Shown here: in pieces, positions 59,301-64,000 of the stretch
Position numbering within the stretch: position 1 is the first letter of the stretch
Layout: each line of letters starts with the position of its first letter
Source of the DNA: Piromyces finnis finn
Lineage: Eukaryota; Fungi; Neocallimastigomycota
Assembly (NCBI GenBank): GCA_002104945.1
Contig: MCFH01000085.1
Span: 94,736 to 158,735, forward strand
Direction: 5' to 3'
Length of the DNA: 64,000 nt
Program-made: the position numbers and the translations under genes
Notes under the pieces: generated by a model
Seen by the model: only the letters and a program-made list of their open reading frames with translations
Database searches by the model: none
What the model was told of the DNA's origin: nothing

Positions 59301-60402
59301 GGTGGATTACTTTATTGATGGAAGGAATTATCGAAAACTGATCACGGAAACCAATGAAAAGCTGAAATTGATTTTGGAAGCTCATAACATTGGACATGAA
59401 GGATATTATAAAACTTATCAACGTCTGAGAAAAAGCTATTATTGGAACGACATGGTTAATGATATTCGAAGAGTTGTAGCCAAATGTGAAAAATGCCAAC
59501 TTAATCGCCCTCAACCATATCCAGAACCTACGGAAAATCTTCCAACTGAGGTTGAAGCTCCTTTCACTCATCTGGGTTTAGATATCATTGGTCCATTGGT
59601 AAAAACTCGTAACAATAACCAATATATTATAGTTGCAGTGGATCATTTCACAAAATGGGTCGAAGCAGAACCCACCGAAAATATCACTTCAAAGGATGTC
59701 ATAAAATTTTTAATCAATGTTTTCTCTCGGCATGGAGTACCACAAGTCATTACAACCGATAACGGTGTCCAATTTACCTCAGATATGACCAAAGTTTTCC
59801 TGGACTTATATGATGTCTATGTCAAGTTTGTCTCAACTTATCATCCTGAAAGTAATGGTTTGACTGAAAATAGAAACAAAGAAATTGGAAAGCTTCTAAG
59901 ACTGCTTGGAAAAGAAAACAAGGATTGGGATGAAATTTTGCCTTCTGCTCTTTGGGCGCTCAGAACTACTAAAAATACTGTCACAAACCATTCTAGTTTT
60001 GAATTGGTTTATGGAAGAGAAGATCAGCAACCCTTTGATATTGCCGCCAGACCTACTAAGGGTATTAATCAGTCTTCGGATGAAATCTTACTTGAGAAGT
60101 TTATTAATCATTACAGGTGGACGTTGGAAGCTTGTGAAAATATTAAAAATGCGAATAAATACTGGGCTACTAGAAGGGAAGAAAAACAAAGTATGACTAA
60201 GGGCAAAAATATCCATATCGGTGATCTAGTATTAGTTAGAAATTTTAATCGAACGAAGTTAGAACCTTATTTCGTTGGACCACTCAAAGTTGTCAAGAAA
60301 CAATTCAATACGGTTACTTTAGCTGATATATCCACTGGAATTCAGATGAACCGAAATGTTCATCTTAAGAACATTGTAAAGTTTAACTCTGCTTTTGCGT
60401 AA
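56344..60402 (+). CDS. pol: Pol of element 1 (spacer-PR-RT-RNase H-integrase with GPY/F module, no chromodomain)
   Basis: PR LVDSCSNLSII; RT WSSPVVLVPK, MCVDYRRVN, YHQI, MPFGLTGAPATFQR, FIDDILIYS; RH TDASYEGIG, VYTDHKPL; IN zinc finger H..GH...C..C, LDIIGPL, TDNGVQF, YHPESNGLTE; GPY/F YFVGPLKV. The first in-frame ATG is at 56416. Confidence 0.96.
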   Translation, partial: SFKSLSGRRSTPIVNKIASAQYQSMPSEETTSQSDWSKEEYDEEIESDFEDTDINEQFFVCANKRKLDKISKEQDGNKEKRLHKNLKNDPRPILTPALRKRKAQELENIPIDVSPKQLHPSIIAQPNIREQKLKERKLRDKERASSSEQKEEEKNELASSNEDPIIIDYDEEEMLSAITDKKGAKVVEKDNTSESTKSTSNSTLNKLMKEQKKEKPAESKVKKTARNIQMIADTEEYNVVKDLNETKCNITFGQLLNSAPKLRTQVSQGLKLEKNNTKIVGALENFNATSVLVNNVDHLYVSKSKEVSEEDIAMVDATVDGVPGKLLVDSCSNLSIITKKYLDKLPHQYESIGLSCGRIRLATKNDDYSEGIIIRVPVQINDLTITADFRVVDKEDPFYDMLINLKTQMDNNLIIHPLRYSLCRFNSNGFIEDIAPINNKYDDEEKIMCMIRRVGDEDFKSDLKNIEGLPPSEYIHNKNFTETLNEKYREQIVRILEENIEIIATSSEELTPSNLTPHKINLKPGAKPIKQRSYRLAKFKSDILKEELSKLINKKLIEPSYSEWSSPVVLVPKHNGKWRMCVDYRRVNDLSEKDAYSIPFIDEIFDSLHGATIFTTMDLYSGYHQILMDEESVELTSFTTKFGNYQFKVMPFGLTGAPATFQREMNRILFPLIGKCVYNFIDDILIYSKSIEEHIEHINQVLAIFRENKLKINIEKCHFMQTEVDVLGHRLTTEGLKPLDNKIQAIKNWKPPSNIHELRSFLGSIGYYRDFIPNYAKLTAPLCKLLRKGVPFKWCNEQQESFIILKEKLINAPILKFPDFEKEFIIRTDASYEGIGGVLLQKEGTDIEHPIHYISRSLTKAEKNYGITDLEGTALFYCITKLKPYIMGSPFKTIVYTDHKPLIGLFKNKEPNNARQTRWCLTASMLGVDIRYEQGKKNVVADALSRMRNDKDKEVLATKINKGIEETMLSKVIKEFVEEKFTKIDGVDYFIDGRNYRKLITETNEKLKLILEAHNIGHEGYYKTYQRLRKSYYWNDMVNDIRRVVAKCEKCQLNRPQPYPEPTENLPTEVEAPFTHLGLDIIGPLVKTRNNNQYIIVAVDHFTKWVEAEPTENITSKDVIKFLINVFSRHGVPQVITTDNGVQFTSDMTKVFLDLYDVYVKFVSTYHPESNGLTENRNKEIGKLLRLLGKENKDWDEILPSALWALRTTKNTVTNHSSFELVYGREDQQPFDIAARPTKGINQSSDEILLEKFINHYRWTLEACENIKNANKYWATRREEKQSMTKGKNIHIGDLVLVRNFNRTKLEPYFVGPLKVVKKQFNTVTLADISTGIQMNRNVHLKNIVKFNSAFA
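56347..56399 (+). promoter_or_regulatory. -1 programmed ribosomal frameshift signal: slippery heptamer plus H-type pseudoknot
   Basis: T TTA AAT lies in the gag frame at 56347-56353, followed by a 6-nt spacer. Stem 1: GTGGGAG (56360-66) / CTCCCAT (56375-81). Stem 2: GAAGC (56369-73) / GCTTC (56395-99). The pol frame is -1 and is open from 56344. Confidence 0.85.
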
Positions 60403-60425
60403 GCAAGAGACTTCGTGGGGGCACT

Positions 60426-61130
60426 TGTTAAGGAACCAACAAATAATGTTATTCTTGTCATAATTAATGATTATGACCTAATCCATTATTGTTCCTAAAT
60501 GTATGAAAACTTTACAATATTCTTATTTGTAAATTAATGTATACACTTAAATTATATTTAAAATTATTAATAATTATTTTTATTGAACTTAAATTTTATT
60601 TTATTAAACTTAAAAATTAATTTAGTAATAATAATATATTGAAAATTATAGTTTATTGAACTTTTAGTTTAATTTATCAAGTTAATGAATTTTTATTAAT
60701 TAAAATTATGAATAATATTTCTGTAAAATAGTAAAATTTTTTAGTTAAATATATTTAAAGTAAACTTTTAATGTATGTTAATCAATTTAATAATATGTAT
60801 AAATATTTATTATAATAGTAATGTAATTTTATTATTCATTTAAAAGTAATTTAAATACTAAAATTATGTAAATAATTAAAGACTAATTCTTTTAATTAAC
60901 ACTACTTAATTTTTTACAAAAAGTATAAAAAGGTGTATATTATAAGAATTAGAGAATATACAGATATTTTTATTTTTATTTTTATTTTATTTTATAATTT
61001 TATATTAATATCTTAATAAAACAATTTTATTAATAAAACAATTTTTCTTATTTCATTTTAATATTATTTTTGAGTATTAATAAATTTATTAATATTTTAT
61101 AAATAAAAGTAAATTCCTCGAACCGTAACA
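60426..61130 (+). repeat. 3' LTR of element 1 (705 bp)
   Basis: Same termini as the 5' LTR, preceded by a short G-run (GTGGGGG, 60415-60421) in the PPT position. Confidence 0.96.
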
Positions 61131-61134
61131 TTTG

Positions 61135-61758
61135 TGATAACGGATTGGTAGTTATATTACAACTTTTTAACTACTTCTTCTGTTATCTTATATTGTTTTA
61201 TCTCGACAGCTATTGTACGAGCTTTAACAATATCTACTAGTTTTATTAATTTATTTTAAGTTATTTTATAATTTTAATAGTTTTATTATTTTAATAATAT
61301 TTATATAGAATAATAACACCAGATTTATTCTATAAAATATTATTTATTATTAACACAATAATTACAAATTAGACAAGTTTAATTTCGTTTTTATATTTTC
61401 TTTTATTTATTGTTCTTACGCTCTTTTTAACAATAATTTTTATTATATAAAAACTTATTTTTTTTGTCTTTTAAATATTATTATGTATTCACTAATTAAT
61501 TATATTAACTATTATTAAAATTTAACTTATTATTAGTAATCTAAGTCTTCTCATTTTCTACTAAAAATTATTATTATTCTTTATAATAAAAATTATTTTT
61601 ATAATTTAACCCAATCAAATATATAAATTTATAAAATATTTGATTTTATGTAAATTATATTTTTATAATAAACTATATAAAATTATTTAATAATTATTTT
61701 ATAATAAAAATTTCTACTAATATCAAATGTATAATATATTTATAATTATTATTTATCA
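61135..61758 (-). repeat. 3' LTR of element 2 (624 bp)
   Basis: Termini TGATAA...TTATCA form a 6-bp inverted repeat. PPT AGGGGAGGAAA (61772-61762) lies 3 nt before it on the minus strand. The partner LTR is outside the window. Confidence 0.78.
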
Positions 61759-62093
61759 AGATTTCCTCCCCTAAGATACGACTTAGTGGTAGCTGATAAA
61801 AATATTCATAAATAATAATAAATATATAAGTTTTTGATATTTTTATACTAAAGATTTAAAAATTTAAATTTTTTTTTTTTTCTATATATATGATAAAAAT
61901 AATATAAAATAAGGTTTATAAAAAAAATGATGAAAAATTTGAAAATTTTTATTAATAAAATTTTTTTTTCAAAGAGAAATAAAAAAAATGAAGTGAAATT
62001 TTGTTAAATGTCGTAGTGTAAATATTTTTGTGTTTTTATATATTTTTGTAATGTAATTGTCGTATTATTTGTATATAAATGTTTAATGTGGTT

Positions 62094-64000
62094 TTATCTT
62101 TCTTTAAACTTTGAAAATAGATGAAATTTTGATTTTAATATGTCGAAATAATGTCGTTTTAAAATTGAAGTTACTGATTTGATATAATCTTTTAGATTGA
62201 AAATAATTGAATTTGAAATACTTTCTTTTACACTTTTTATTATACTGAAATATATATTCTTAAACGAATTATTTGATGAATTTTTGATTATATCATTTTG
62301 TTTATTTCGCTTTTTTCTTGATTTTAATTTCCTGTTAATATTAATATTCAAATGATTATATTTTAGAATTTTACTTTTATTTTTATATATCTTGATTTTG
62401 TGGCATTTTTCGTGAATAATTGGCGTTTTTTCTGCTTCATCACGGCCGACAAGATTTGACTTATTAATTGAAAATTTAATAAGTGAATCGTTTTTAATTC
62501 TTTTTGGAAATTTGCTGAAATTTGAATGAAAAATGTGATATTTTGGATAAAAATATTTATTTTTAAATTTGATTAAATGTCGAAATTTAATTGAATATAA
62601 AAGTTTGTTTTTATTGTTAAAAGTCGAATTAAAATTTTGAATTTTGATATTATTATTAAATGAATTAAATTGAGATTCATTAATATTTGATGGATTGAAA
62701 CAATGAATCATTGAAATATTTGAAAGATTATTTTTATTTTGTTTAAAATTTGAGGGACGAGCAACCATAATAGGAGATGAATTAGTTTTCATGTAGAGAG
62801 AGTCATCATCAGGATCAATGTATAATCGGTGATTCTTTTGAGATTGACGACCTAATATAATATCATAACATGAATCTTCATCTTCTAGAATCCAGAATAA
62901 TGCATAGATTTTTAAATCACCAAATTTAAGAGTTAAATTAACAGCTTGATTTGTTGAAATAACTTGTTTGCTAGCTAATTTAAAGAAAGTTCTCTTAAAA
63001 TGTGTAATATTATGATTTGCTGATATTAAATTAAAGAAGGATTTAGTAATAACATTAACATCAGAACCAGTATCTACTAAAACTCGGACAATGTTATTAT
63101 CAATTGAGCCAATGACAGAAGCAATGTTGATTTTATTAATGACATTAATTTCGTTATCTGCTATATTGATAATATCATCATCATTGTCATTATCAGCATC
63201 ATCATTGTTTTCATTATTTTTATTATTATAATTTTCATTAATGATATTAATAAATGAATTAATATCATCATCATTAAGATCCATATTTTGAATGGCGTTT
63301 ATTTTCCGAACGTCATTTGGATCAAGCTTTAAACCTTTGGCACAAAGTCTTCTGATGATAGGACTGACTGCAAGCAATTGTGCAAAAGAGATACCAGCAT
63401 TTGTATTATTAAGGGCATCAAAAATATTATATTCTTTATTTTTGCCCAACATGACAATAGAACGTAGGAAGTCATAATAGTTGCTTTTGGGAGACTTTTT
63501 GCTATCTATAACTTCTTCTAATTCGTCCTGTTTACTTGGTATATCTGGACCAATTCTTCTTTTATTTCTGGTTTCTTTATTTTTCATCTTAGCAGAGGAA
63601 ATATTCTTGCCTGCAATTACCGAGGGGTCTAAGATGTCTAGGCGGGAAGTAGTGGTATGAAAATTTGAATTTTTCTCATTACGAATTTCTTGCTGTTCTT
63701 TCATCTGAGTGGCCTTTGTATGTATTGGTAATGGATTTTCTCGAAGTTTCTTTTTCTTCGACTGAGTCACGTGATCCTCATCATCACTTTCATCACTTTC
63801 TTCAGAACTTTTTCTCTTGAATGCATAAATAAGGTTTTCGATGTCCTTATCATCGACTGTATTTGTCACGTGATCACGTGTAACGTAATCCTTATCATCT
63901 TCATTGATTGGATCATCCACCAAAGGGTTAGAGAATTTTTCTTTAGAATTTGGAAATTTTTTTGTTTTATGGAAATCACGTGTATCATCAACATAGATTT
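62094..64000 (-). CDS. Element 2 polyprotein (5'-partial): acidic spacer, pre-protease conserved block, aspartic protease, basic N/K/I/F-rich tail
   Basis: The frame is open to the window edge (IYVDDTRDFHK...). It contains YNIFDALNNTNAGISFAQLLAVSP, VRVLVDTGSDVNVI and YDIILGRQSQK, then ~230 codons with no RT motif before the stop at 62094. Confidence 0.85.
   Translation of the reverse strand, partial: IYVDDTRDFHKTKKFPNSKEKFSNPLVDDPINEDDKDYVTRDHVTNTVDDKDIENLIYAFKRKSSEESDESDDEDHVTQSKKKKLRENPLPIHTKATQMKEQQEIRNEKNSNFHTTTSRLDILDPSVIAGKNISSAKMKNKETRNKRRIGPDIPSKQDELEEVIDSKKSPKSNYYDFLRSIVMLGKNKEYNIFDALNNTNAGISFAQLLAVSPIIRRLCAKGLKLDPNDVRKINAIQNMDLNDDDINSFINIINENYNNKNNENNDDADNDNDDDIINIADNEINVINKINIASVIGSIDNNIVRVLVDTGSDVNVITKSFFNLISANHNITHFKRTFFKLASKQVISTNQAVNLTLKFGDLKIYALFWILEDEDSCYDIILGRQSQKNHRLYIDPDDDSLYMKTNSSPIMVARPSNFKQNKNNLSNISMIHCFNPSNINESQFNSFNNNIKIQNFNSTFNNKNKLLYSIKFRHLIKFKNKYFYPKYHIFHSNFSKFPKRIKNDSLIKFSINKSNLVGRDEAEKTPIIHEKCHKIKIYKNKSKILKYNHLNININRKLKSRKKRNKQNDIIKNSSNNSFKNIYFSIIKSVKESISNSIIFNLKDYIKSVTSILKRHYFDILKSKFHLFSKFKER

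Larger units (their letters stand above)
53227..61130 (+). mobile_element. Full-length Ty3/Gypsy LTR retrotransposon (element 1), inserted 15 bp upstream of tRNA-Cys
   Basis: Paired LTRs with TGTTA...TAACA ends, 4-bp TSD TTTG (53223-53226 and 61131-61134), PBS, gag, and pol in the order PR-RT-RH-IN. Confidence 0.96.
61135..64000 (-). mobile_element. Second Ty3/Gypsy-derived LTR element (element 2), protease-containing but lacking RT/RH/IN; truncated by the window edge
   Basis: The minus-strand ORF contains a retropepsin, followed by a PPT and a TG...CA-bounded LTR that abuts the TSD of element 1. Confidence 0.82.

Overview
Extremely AT-rich, intron-containing eukaryotic DNA. The composition, long (AAT)n tracts, a CotH gene and a bacterial-type DUF3737 gene point to an anaerobic gut fungus (Neocallimastigomycota); this is inferred. 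Host genes, with exons reconstructed by hand: an MBIP-like gene missed by the ORF track (5096-6955, -), an orphan protein carrying ABBA, KEN, D-box and LR-tail APC/C motifs (12146-13301), a kinesin-4 with a poly-Asn tail (14735-21304), a CotH kinase-family protein (29141-31528, -), an Agd3/CE18-like deacetylase whose catalytic and metal residues are all substituted (37278-40760), an orphan type I membrane protein (44407-45855), TMEM19/DUF92 (47393-48316), an intronless DUF3737 gene (50225-51151, -) and tRNA-Cys(GCA) (53140-53211, -). Mobile elements: a full-length single-ORF LINE (22766-28472, -) with a 13-bp TSD, poly(A) tail and tandem 124-bp 5' monomers, nested in an older LINE relic; a young Ty3/Gypsy element (53227-61130, +) with a tRNA-Ala PBS and a slippery-site/pseudoknot -1 frameshift; and a second, protease-only LTR element (61135->64000, -). 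Main result: both LTR elements inserted at the same position, 15 bp upstream of the tRNA-Cys gene, one pushing the other away. This suggests an autonomous/non-autonomous pair of tRNA-gene-targeted retrotransposons in an early-diverging fungus.
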